NCBI RefSeq assembly: GCF_001194135.2
Contig: NC_069000.1
Span: 34,634,982 to 34,668,685, forward strand
Length of the DNA stretch: 33,704 bases
Reading direction: 5' to 3'
Source of the DNA: Octopus bimaculoides
Taxonomy: Eukaryota
Below, one piece after another: positions 10,309-20,964 of this stretch (its first letter is position 1; each line of letters opens with the position of its first letter). Below the pieces are notes generated by a model. That model was not told the DNA's origin and did no database searches. It saw nothing but the letters and a program-made list of their open reading frames with translations. The translations under genes and the position numbers were made by a program.

Positions 10309-10689
10309 TCTCTCTCTTTTTCTGTGTCTGTCTCTCTCTTTCTTTTCTCGTATCTTTCTGAATACACATACGCACACATCCAGTCACATGAACACACAAT
10401 CACACTCAAAATACACGTCATTCAAAAACACCCTGAAGCAAACAAAATAGTAAGAACCAACAAAAGGCCACAATGCAATATTAAAGATTAAAAGATAAAA
10501 GCGATATCGCTGCCGCCTCCTCCACCTTCGCCACAGCCGCCGTCTTCTGTTATATAAAAGAAAATGAAATTCTCCTCATAGTTGGAATGTTTTATTCCCA
10601 CTGCCGTCACCATGAACCTCTTTTCATTCGTAAAATGATTTAATGGTTTATATAACTTAGCTTCTTTGACGACCAAATTAACAAGTAAC

Positions 10690-11840
10690 CCATATCAAAA
10701 GGATTTCTCTACCAAATTAGCCGAAACCAGCTTGGTGCGTTTCTCGGCATATGATTATTCTTTGAGCAAGTTCTCCTGCTTCCGTAGCTATTTGCTGCCA
10801 ACATTGCACCAAATTTCATGCAGCACACGCCCTTTGTAAACCTACTTCAAAACTATCCCTTTCCACTCAGCCAAATTCATCTTTAGTACTTCAACATACA
10901 TGTCATATGTGAAAGTACTTCCGGTCAATTCAAACCAAGAAGGTTACTTGTCCTGAGCAGTCTGCCCTCAAACGCTTGTTTTAGGGCAGACTGCTCCTCA
11001 CTAGTCCTCCACATCCAAACGAGATCCACTTACAATCTGGACAGCTTATGGTAAGCCTTTACTGACTCCATGAACAGAAACCTCAAAAACGTTTTACAAT
11101 GGGGTCTTGCCTATCTTATCCCTCTTTCATAACACAAAGTCACCCAACTAGAAACCCTCCTGGTAGCTTCAAATACCAGGACTCACCACCACTGATCATT
11201 TCTCTTCGCGAACTCTCAGTCCCGACATAGCCATAGATGCTTCAACGAACAGGCTTTTCTCTTCAGAGCCAGAAAATACTTCGATTCACAACAATTAACT
11301 CTCTACAGAATTCAAATAAGGTCTACAATAGGATCCTGCTGACACATCTGGGAATACACAGATTTCCTGGACCATATTCCTCTCCTCTCAAATAAAAGCT
11401 ATTCGGATGATTGGCATTAGCACTCTCCCAACTTCTGGTCGATAAATGTACTATGTCTTCTTTGTCTTTCTTTACTGCCGCCATGACTATGGTCTCTAGT
11501 CCTGGGAGCTGGCTAATTTAGTGTCACGTCTGCTTAAGCACTTCTAATTCGCTCATTCCTCCTCCTCCGACTCATATCATCCACACCTGCACTAAGCCAC
11601 CCCACCAACTAACCACTACACCCAATCCTTTCCGCCCCACCAATGTCCCTCCTCTGGAATTCATTTCCTAAGCTTGTCTAATTTCCTGCTGCCATCGATT
11701 TGTTATTGTTCAAGACTAATCTCAGTAACATTAGTCTCGCTGGTATCTGATCACCCCAGAGAGTCATGGGCTTAGCCTCTTCCTCTAGCGGCTCTTGTGT
11801 TAATTGCTGCACTTGGCACAACACCCAAACTTCTACTCAA
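10690..11840 (+). mobile_element. Decayed CR1/L2-group LINE remnant (ORF2 linker and RT C-terminal region, RT core deleted)
   Basis: Broken-frame peptides RSIQTKKVTCPE (KAxGPD-like), MNRNLKNVLQWG, FRARKYFDSQQL-TLYRIQIRSTIGSC*HIW, QIKAIRMIG and LWNSFP match known CR1-type ORF2 motifs (LYKxxIRPxxEYCxxIW, LWNxLP). Confidence 0.8.
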
Positions 11841-12002
11841 AGAGACTGAGGGATATTGGAATTGAGATTCGCATTGTCGACCAGCAGAAAAATACAATCT
11901 TTTATTCTGCAAGAATTCCTAAGAAAGATTATTGAGATTTGAGGAGACTTGTCACCAAACTTCAAGACAATAATCCTTACTAAATCATATAGCATGTAAT
12001 AG

Positions 12003-12552
12003 TTAGCGGTATTTCGCCCGTCGATGCGTTCTGATTGCAAACTCCGTCGAGGTTGACTTTGCCTTTCATCTTTTCAGAGTCGATAAATTAAGTACCAGTT
12101 GCGTATTGGGTCGATCTAATTGACTGCCCCCTCTCCTCCAAAATTTCAGGATTATTATTATTACTAGTTACAGTTTCAAATTTTGGCACAAGACCAGCAA
12201 TTTTAGAGGGAGGAATTATATATGTGAGTGATACTTTGTTTTATCGACCCCGAAAAGGATGAAAGGAAAGTTGACATAGGTAGTGTTTGAACTCAAAACT
12301 TAAACCGGAAGGAACACCACAAGGCATTTTTTCCTCCCTGATACTCTAACGATTCTGCCACAATAATCCTTTCTACTAAAGGCACAACGCCTGAAATTTT
12401 GTGGGGAGGGGACTAGTCGATTACATCGACTCCAGTGTTTCACTGGTACTTAATTTATCGACCCCGAAAGGATGAAAGGCAAAGTCAACCTCGGCGGAAT
12501 TTGAACTCAGAACGTAGCGACAGGCGAAATACGGTTAAACATTTCATTCTGC
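12003..12552. mobile_element. SINE family C cluster: + copy 12003-12165, - copies 12175-12360 and 12361-12552
   Basis: Family C body present in opposite orientations. The two minus copies are head-to-tail. Confidence 0.88.
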
Positions 12553-12717
12553 CATAATAATAAAAATATATATTCTAGTAAGGGTGAGAAATTAACTGAA
12601 AGAGTCAGCTAGACCAATGTGTATGTTGCATCCTAGTTTTTTCAGTTAAAATCAAGTAAAAAATAGTGCAACTTAGACGATTAATAGATGTGCTTATAGA
12701 TAACGTGTGTGTGTACA

Positions 12718-12719
12718 GC

Positions 12720-12760
<41 letters not shown>

Positions 12761-12775
12761 TGATTGATTGATAGT
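12718..12775. repeat. (GATA)n(GATT)n microsatellite
   Basis: Directly visible. Confidence 0.95.
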
Positions 12776-13299
12776 GTGTGTGTGTTAGTGATACTCTTTC
12801 TGTCTGGTATTACAGTTTTGTACCCGTTCACCTTCCACCAGCTGCTACACATTCGCTGTGTACGTAAGAGAGAGATAGAAAGAGTACGCTGAACAATGTT
12901 ATAAAGAGCTATGGTAGCACATGAATGAAATAATTGAACAACCAAAATAGTTGACACTACATAAGCTTATTATTATTGCTGATGTGCCTACCATATGCCT
13001 TGTGTAAAAGGAGGAGAAAGAGGATTGTATTTTAACATTCATTGGTTAACCCATGCAATGCACTCTGACAGTGTGGGCGGTGGTTGTAGGTGTCATTTGT
13101 TGTTGTTTACGTCTGGATAAGCCTAGATTGAACAGACTTAATGATCGAAGGCGTTCCAACCGTGACCATCTTATTTTTTCTTTAGACATAGTGCATAGAG
13201 AACCTCATCGTTAATTGCTCCGCTCTTCTTTTAACTCCCCTTTCCTGACAATGATGTGATTTGACTGCTGTTTCTAGTAGGTTGAGCAACTCTTTATAG

Positions 13300-13375
13300 C
13301 AGGCATAGGGCAACCTTTTTCGAGAAGCGGGCTGCACGAGACATGGTTTATGATCAGGGCAACCACACCACTAAA
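13300..13375. mobile_element. hAT-like MITE family 2, one end only
   Basis: caggcatagggcaacctttttcgagaagcgggctgcacgagacatgg. Confidence 0.55.
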
Positions 13376-13521
13376 AAAAAAATAATAGTAGTTTGTCGAT
13401 AACAGTTTTATACACACCTTGGAGGCGGGGCCGGAGTGACGTTCGGGTGGATTTTCATGGGTGAAACTGTAAAGAAAACTTTGCAAGTGAAAGGCGTCAC
13501 CACCAACTTTAGCGTTGTCTC

Positions 13522-13907
13522 TCTTTTACTCTTTTACTTGTTTCAGTCATTTGACTGTGGCCATGCTGGAGCACCGCTTTTTAGTCGAGCAAATTGACCC
13601 CAGGACTTATTCTTTGTAAGCCTAGTACTTATTCTATCGGTTTCTTTTGCCGAACCGCTAAGTTACGGGGACCTAAACACACCAGCATCGGTTGTCAAGC
13701 GATGTTGGGGTGACAAACATATACACACACACACATATATATATATATATACATATATACGACGGGCTTCTTTCAGTTTCCATCTACCAAATCCACTCAC
13801 AAGGCTTTGGTCGGCCCGAGGCTATAGTAGAAGACACTTGCCCAAGGTGTCACGCAGTGGGACTGAACCCGGAACCATGTGGTTCGTAAGCAAGCTACTT
13901 ACCACAT
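13522..13907 (-). mobile_element. SINE family B, near full length and low divergence
   Basis: Body, central (CA)(TA) tract and head all present. Confidence 0.93.
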
Positions 13908-14002
13908 CTGTCCAAAGCATTTTCATAAGTTTGTCCTAAACGTAGATTTTCGTTTTCAGACGTTTAGTTAGCCCTTGTTAACCTAGTAATATAAGTTACT
14001 CT

Positions 14003-14465
14003 GGTGCTGTGTAATAAGTATGTTTCCCAACCACATTGTTCCAGGTTCAGTCCCACTGCGTGGCACCTAACGGCAAGTGTCTTCTACTATAGCTTCGGGC
14101 TGACCAAAGCCTTGTGAATAGATTTTAGTTGACGGAAACTGAAAGAAGCTCGTCGTACATTTATAAGGCCGACCAAGGCCTTGTGTGTGGATTTGGTAGA
14201 TGGAAACTGTGTGCGTGTGTGTGTGTGTATGTGCGCACGTGCGTCGTTGTGTTTGTTCCCCTCACCACCGCTTGACAACGGCGTTGGTTCGTTTACGTCC
14301 CCTTAACTAGCGGTCCACCAAAAAGAAAGAAACCGATAAACTAAGGGCAAGACTTAGGGAATTAAAAAAATAAGTACTGGTATCGATCTGTTCGACTAAA
14401 TCCTTCGAGGTGGTGTTCCAGCATGGCCCGTAGCACAATGACCGAAACATGTAGAAGATAAAAGA
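14003..14465 (+). mobile_element. SINE family B with partial internal duplication
   Basis: ggttcagtcccactgcgtggcacc head. The block gaccaaagccttgtgaatagatt...gacggaaact occurs twice (about 14102 and 14170). Confidence 0.88.
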
Positions 14466-14629
14466 CGGACGTTTTATGATGCACAGACGCCTCGGAAATA
14501 CGTCCGGCGTATCAGATGTGATAGACAGGACAGGCAAGAGGGTCAGAGCAGTCATCGACTTGCACTGCAATAATTCATACGAGTTTGGGTCTCATTAGCT
14601 GTTCGTTGTGTGGTGACGATTGAAAGAGA

Positions 14630-14915
14630 TGTAGTGGTGGTAGGAGAGGCAACGGCGACAGCGGTGGTGGTGGTGGTGGTGGTGGCAGCGGCCGCAGCAG
14701 CAGCAGTAGTAGTAAATAGTAAACAGTAAAAAGAAAACATTTTTTTTCTGTATGTACTATGACTCATCCGTAGCTGACACAATAACAACGGTCCTTTCAT
14801 AGATCAAAACCCTATTGAACCAGCCGTCACCAACACTCTATTACACCAACACCACCACCACCACTACTACTACTACTATTAATAATAATAATAATAATAA
14901 TAACAATGATGACGA
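14630..14915. repeat. Mixed trinucleotide arrays (GGT, GCA, GTA, then ACC, ACT, AAT, GAC)
   Basis: Directly visible. Confidence 0.9.
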
Positions 14916-15232
14916 CAACAAATGTTACTACATTTACAAACTAACCTTTTACAACTGCAAACAATTACTGTCTGTATTTTATGGGTTATTTGAAAAAATA
15001 TTTGGTCTTGTGTGTGTGTGTGTGTGTGTGTGTGAGTCGACCTACCCATAAGTGTACCCGTGGTAGCCAGTCTAGCGCATTGTGACACACGCAATCAGAA
15101 TGTATTTAGTTCAATAAGAAACCGTAGGAGGACTGAAGTAGATTAGTGAAACAAACAACAGGGTCATATAATAATAAAGACTAGATGTATTTGGCGGTAA
15201 ATCTGATATCCACAGCCCATCCACCTCCAATA

Positions 15233-15286
<54 letters not shown>

Positions 15287-15471
15287 AGGAAGGCCAAAAG
15301 AAGTGGGTAGGGCTTTGATCAGCTTCTATGGAATGCCAACAGTGTGGCCGCCGAGAGAGAATACCTGAGGAGAGTGCAGTGCATACTTAGTATATATACG
15401 GCAGAGTCTCGGCTGTGCAATATGAAGCGAGTTGAAGTAACTCTGATAACTTGGGATTTCCCATGCAATGA

Positions 15472-15560
15472 GGCGCAGGCGTGGCTGTGTGATTAAGAAG
15501 CTTGCTTCCCAGCCATGTGTCTTGGGTTCAGTCCTACTGCACAGTACCTTGGGCAAGTGT
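15472..15560 (+). mobile_element. SINE family B head running into a microsatellite and gap
   Basis: ggcgcaggcgtggctgtgtgattaagaag...gggttcagtcctactgc. Confidence 0.85.
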
Positions 15561-15573
15561 GTATGTATATGTA

Positions 15574-15607
<34 letters not shown>

Positions 15608-16484
15608 GATACACACACACACACACACACACNNNNNNNNNNNNNNNNNNNNNNNNNNNNNNNNNNNNNNNNNNNNNNNNNNNNNNNNNNNNNNNNNNNN
15701 NNNNNNNNNNNNNNNNNNNNNNNNNNNNNNNNNNNNNNNNNNNNNNNNNNNNNNNNNNNNNNNNNNNNNNNNNNNNNNNNNNNNNNNNNNNNNNNNNNNN
15801 NNNNNNNNNNNNNNNNNNNNNNNNNNNNNNNNNNNNNNNNNNNNNNNNNNNNNNNNNNNNNNNNNNNNNNNNNNNNNNNNNNNNNNNNNNNNNNNNNNNN
15901 NNNNNNNNNNNNNNNNNNNNNNNNNNNNNNNNNNNNNNNNNNNNNNNNNNNNNNNNNNNNNNNNNNNNNNNNNNNNNNNNNNNNNNNNNNNNNNNNNNNN
16001 NNNNNNNNNNNNNNNNNNNNNNNNNNNNNNNNNNNNNNNNNNNNNNNNNNNNNNNNNNNNNNNNNNNNNNNNNNNNNNNNNNNNNNNNNNNNNNNNNNNN
16101 NNNNNNNNNNNNNNNNNNNNNNNNNNNNNNNNNNNNNNNNNNNNNNNNNNNNNNNNNNNNNNNNNNNNNNNNNNNNNNNNNNNNNNNNNNNNNNNNNNNN
16201 NNNNNNNNNNNNNNNNNNNNNNNNNNNNNNNNNNNNNNNNNNNNNNNNNNNNNNNNNNNNNNNNNNNNNNNNNNNNNNNNNNNNNNNNNNNNNNNNNNNN
16301 NNNNNNNNNNNNNNNNNNNNNNNNNNNNNNNAATACGACAACTTTAACATGAAATAACATGCGATGTACGTTTTTTTGTTAAGAAGACTAAGAGAAAAAG
16401 ATGTTTTATATGACACATTCTACCAGTGTCCCAAGTTTCAAAGTGTTTCGTTAAGAAAATACTGGTGCCCCCGTTTTGAACAAG

Positions 16485-16743
16485 ATCCTCGTAAGGTCGT
16501 GAGTTCGATTCCCGGCGGCGCGTGTGTCCTTGAGCAAGACACTTTATTTCACGTTGCTCGAGTCCACTCAGCTGGCAAAAATGAGTAGTACCTGTATTTC
16601 AAAGGGCCAGCCTTGTCACACTCTGTGTCACGCTGAATCTCCCCGAGAACTACGTTAAGGGTACATGTGTCTGTGGAATGCTCAGCCACTTGCACGTTAA
16701 TTTCACGAGCTGGGACCCTCGTCGTCGTAACCGACGGAGTGCT
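16485..16743 (+). mobile_element. SINE family A, central-domain variant
   Basis: B-box gagttcgattccc, central module ccttgagcaagacactttatttcacgttgctc, and the family A 3' tail. Confidence 0.9.
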
Positions 16744-16852
16744 GGAGATTTATTATTGCTTATATATATATAGATGTATGTGTGTGTGTGTGTGTGTGTA
16801 TGCATACAAACACACATGTATACATACATATGTACGCACACATACACACATA

Positions 16853-16925
16853 CGAGGAGATGCTGAAAAGTTCCTGGCTTTAAGGGTACCATGGAATGCT
16901 TTGTTGGAGGCCCAACCTTCCGAGA
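16853..16925. mobile_element. Possible Tc1/mariner terminal fragment
   Basis: TA followed by cgaggagatgctgaaaagttcctggcttt resembles mariner TIR starts (TA-CGAGGG). No partner TIR seen. Confidence 0.35.
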
Positions 16926-17032
16926 TCTTGAGGAGAAATTTAATTAGATATTTGTGTAATGGTTCATTTGCATATCAGAGTGACAGCGTGTTTTATTGAA
17001 CATTCGACTCTTGAAAGTTTGGTTTTAATATT

Positions 17033-17219
17033 GGCTTCAAATTTCAGGGAGGGATTAATTCGATTATATTGACCCCACTGTTCAACTGGTACTTATTTTA
17101 TTTTCTATCGACCCCTGAAAAGATGAAAAAAAACAAAGTTGACTTCAGCGGGATTTGAACTCAGAACGATGCCGCCAAGCACTTTGTCTAAGTTGTTAAC
17201 GGTTCTGCCAAGCTGGCCG
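17033..17219 (-). mobile_element. SINE family C
   Basis: aagttgacttcagcgggatttgaactcagaacg ... aacggttctgccaagctggcc. Confidence 0.85.
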
Positions 17220-17361
17220 TGACTTCTGTGAGAAAATAATTCCGGATTCTGCAAGGAAGCTTCTGTATAGCTTGAACGACGTTTTGGCGACATGTCTGGA
17301 TGGTGAATGTACGTATACGTGCGATTGGGATTGATTTTATTGCAGTGTCGTCGTCTTTCAG

Positions 17362-17577
17362 TATAACCGTGTAGTTTGGATCATCAGCTATTACTTGTTT
17401 CGCGTGCATTTTGTAAGAGCGCTTTAAGTGCAGTCAACCACCATTGTGGTGCATGTCTTTTGTTTTTGCTTGTCTTTACGTTCGTAGCAAAGCAGTTTTC
17501 TGCATCATCATCAGCAGCAGCAGGAATGTTCCCGAGAGCTTTCTGCTGAATCGAGTCGAGTCGATAAATTTGAATAG
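17362..17577 (+). other. Candidate two-exon C-terminus: 17362-17412 (YNRVVWIISYYLFRVHF) + 17488-17577 (QSSFLHHHQQQQECSRELSAESSRVDKFE*)
   Basis: gtcgtctttcag acceptor, TTT|GTAAGA donor, 75-nt intron with a long pyrimidine tract ending ttcgtag, phase-compatible join and TAG stop. Product not recognised. Confidence 0.3.
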
Positions 17578-18084
17578 CGATATAGCATAGTCATTATACA
17601 ATTCGTATCAGCAGATGTGGTCAGTGAATTAGATTTGTAAAGTGAAAATAGTATGTGTAAGTGGCCGTTACAATTGCTTTCTAACAAATATGAAATATAA
17701 AAGGGTTAAACTGAATTGACAATAGAATTTACAGTTCAAATAGTTTACATGTGAGAAGCCTTTTTTAACGCAAACATTGCCAGCAGATGTGGTCTGTGAA
17801 TAGGTTAACTAGTTGACAAAAGAATTTACAAGTGAATTAAGCAGCCATAAATATGAAAGGATCCGAGAACTGCCGAGTATGGGCTAAGTCATATTAGAGC
17901 AGAGGAACAGGGGCTAAAAGAGGGAGGGAGTATCTGTGTTTTACAATGGGTTAGGGAGGCGAGTATAGATCAGTGTCATTCCAGCCCCTTCTTCCAGTTG
18001 CAGCTGAAAGACTGACTAAAGGTTTGGCGGTTCATTATTATCAAGTCATCAGCATTGCATTGCATTAACACGGCAAGTGGTGAA

Positions 18085-18250
18085 TTGGCAAAGGCGATAG
18101 TGTTAATGCGTTGGACTGAATGTCTCACAGTATTTGTCTTGACTCTCGTATTTCTGAGATCAAATCCCGTTGAGATAAGCTTTACCTTCATCTTTTCAAG
18201 GTCAATTAAAAAAAAAAAAAGTATTAATAATCCAAGGCGGTGGATTTCTG
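18085..18250 (+). mobile_element. SINE family C, diverged
   Basis: ttctgagatcaaatcccgttgagataagctttaccttcatcttttcaaggtcaatt. Confidence 0.7.
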
Positions 18251-18786
18251 AGATTATTATTATTANNNNNNNNNNNNNNNNNNNNNNNNNNNNNNNNNNN
18301 NNNNNNNNNNNNNNNNNNNNNNNNNNNNNNNNNNNNNNNNNNNNNNNNNNNNNNNNNNNNNNNNNNNNNNNNNNNNNNNNNNNNNNNNNNNNNNNNNNNN
18401 NNNNNNNNNNNNNNNNNNNNNNNNNNNNNNNNNNNNNNNNNNNNNNNNNNNNNNNNNNNNNNNNNNNNNNNNNNNNNNNNNNNNNNNNNNNNNNNNNNNN
18501 NNNNNNNNNNNNNNNNNNNNNNNNNNNNNNNNNNNNNNNNNNNNNNNNNNNNNNNNNNNNNNNNNNNNNNNNNNNNNNNNNNNNNNNNNNNNNNNNNNNN
18601 NNNNNNNNNNNNNNNNNNNNNNNNNNNNNNNNNNNNNNNNNNNNNNNNNNNNNNNNNNNNNNNNNNNNNNNNNNNNNNNNNNNNNNNNNNNNNNNNNNNN
18701 NNNNNNNNNNNNNNNNNNNNNNNNNNNNNNNNNNNNNNNNNNNNNNNNNNNNNNNNNNNNNNNNNNNNNNNNNNNNNNNNNNNNNN

Positions 18787-19156
18787 TCTTTCAGTTTCCG
18801 TCTGCCAAATCCACTTACAAAGCTTTGGTTATCCCAGGGCTATAGTAGATGACATTTACCCAAGGTACCACGCAGAGGTACAGAACACAGAACCATGGCG
18901 TCAGGAAGCAAACTGCTTACCACACCGGCGCCTATACATGTGTGTCTGTTGGATTACTATGTGCTGTTAGCCAAGTCCGTAAGAGGAATTTTCTGTGATA
19001 GCCACGCAATTCTCAGAATTTCCATCTTATACTCTTTACTCTTTTACTTGTTTCAATCATTTGACTGCGGCCATGCTGGAGCACCGCCTTTAGTCGAGCA
19101 AATCGACCCCAGGACTTATTCTTTGTAAGCCTAGTACTTATTCTATCGGTCTCTTT
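18787..19156 (-). mobile_element. Two SINE family B pieces (5' half 18787-18933, 3' end 19027-19156)
   Basis: tctttcagtttccgtctgccaaatcc... and gactgcggccatgctggagcaccgcctttagtcgag. Confidence 0.88.
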
Positions 19157-19752
19157 AGCTGCAATATTTCAAGTAAAAATTTTCTAGTTCTGTACTCTAC
19201 CAGATGTAATATGTTGTCTTGAACTTTTCCAACTTGTCCTGTACTCTTCCAGGTTTATAAGTTTAAGAATATTTCTCTTGCTCGCATTTTCCCATGTAAT
19301 CCGTGTTTTTTCCAGGTTATGCTATTATGCTAATTAATAATGTGTTAATTCTTTCTTCTATATTTAACTTGAGCTTTAGAATGTTTTCTTTTCTTCATCC
19401 AATTGATACCCCCTCCCCCTCGTCTGTTATACTTTTTTATTAATCCCAATCCCCAGATTCAGTTCTACCCCACCAATAATAAGTAACATTAAAATTAAAG
19501 CATACAAGCGATTATTATAAAAAATTGAGTGCTTGTTTTGTGTTAATATATAATTATTATATTGAAACAAATTACAACAAAAACAAAAGCGCACAAAAAA
19601 ATATAATTCATCTTAAAAATATATTCTTAATTGATTAGAATTAATTAAGACACTAATTCTAATATAAAGAATATTTTCAAGATAAAAAAAAAACGTTTTA
19701 TAAATTACAAAGAAATCGTACTATGACTTATATATAGTAACAAGCCTAGTCG

Positions 19753-20021
19753 TGGCACTCGGTTGGTTACGACGACGAGGGTTCCAGTTAATCCGATCAA
19801 CGGAACAGCCTGCTCGTGAAATTAACGTGCAAGTGGCTGAGCACTCCACAGACACGTGTACCCTTAACGTAGTTCTCGGGGAGATTCAGCGTGACACAGT
19901 GCAGTGTACAGGTACTACAGAAACAGGAAGAAAGAGTGAGAGAAAGTTGTGGTGAAAGTGTACAGCAGGGTTGGCCATCACCCCCTCGTGGAGCTTTAGG
20001 TGTTTTCGCTCAATGAGCGCT
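19753..20021 (-). mobile_element. SINE family A, 5' end lost in the gap
   Basis: Closely matches 9052-9407. Confidence 0.92.
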
Positions 20022-20964
20022 NNNNNNNNNNNNNNNNNNNNNNNNNNNNNNNNNNNNNNNNNNNNNNNNNNNNNNNNNNNNNNNNNNNNNNNNNNNNNNN
20101 NNNNNNNNNNNNNNNNNNNNNNNNNNNNNNNNNNNNNNNNNNNNNNNNNNNNNNNNNNNNNNNNNNNNNNNNNNNNNNNNNNNNNNNNNNNNNNNNNNNN
20201 NNNNNNNNNNNNNNNNNNNNNNNNNNNNNNNNNNNNNNNNNNNNNNNNNNNNNNNNNNNNNNNNNNNNNNNNNNNNNNNNNNNNNNNNNNNNNNNNNNNN
20301 NNNNNNNNNNNNNNNNNNNNNNNNNNNNNNNNNNNNNNNNNNNNNNNNNNNNNNNNNNNNNNNNNNNNNNNNNNNNNNNNNNNNNNNNNNNNNNNNNNNN
20401 NNNNNNNNNNNNNNNNNNNNNNNNNNNNNNNNNNNNNNNNNNNNNNNNNNNNNNNNNNNNNNNNNNNNNNNNNNNNNNNNNNNNNNNNNNNNNNNNNNNN
20501 NNNNNNNNNNNNNNNNNNNNNNNNNNNNNNNNNNNNNNNNNNNNNNNNNNNNNNNNNNNNNNNNNNNNNNNNNNNNNNNNNNNNNNNNNNNNNNNNNNNN
20601 NNNNNNNNNNNNNNNNNNNNNNNNNNNNNNNNNNNNNNNNNNNNNNNNNNNNNNNNNNNNNNNNNNNNNNNNNNNNNNNNNNNNNNNNNNNNNNNNNNNN
20701 NNNNNNNNNNNNNNNNNNNNNNNNNNNNNNNNNNNNNNNNNNNNNNNNNNNNNNNNNNNNNNNNNNNNNNNNNNNNNNNNNNNNNNNNNNNNNNNNNNNN
20801 NNNNNNNNNNNNNNNNNNNNNNNNNNNNNNNNNNNNNNNNNNNNNNNNNNNNNNNNNNNNNNNNNNNNNNNNNNNNNNNNNNNNNNNNNNNNNNNNNNNN
20901 NNNNNNNNNNNNNNNNNNNNNNNNNNNNNNNNNNNNNNNNNNNNNNNNNNNNNNAGTAAGCACA

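Noticed and set aside
14552-14800. Thr/Ala-rich minus-strand ORF
   Set aside because: Composition comes from trinucleotide arrays, with no AG acceptor before the low-complexity part and no homology recognised.
17188-17409. Minus-strand 73-aa ORF MHAKQVIADDPNY...
   Set aside because: No recognisable domain, its end runs into a SINE, and splice signals at this locus favour the + strand. Not fully excluded.
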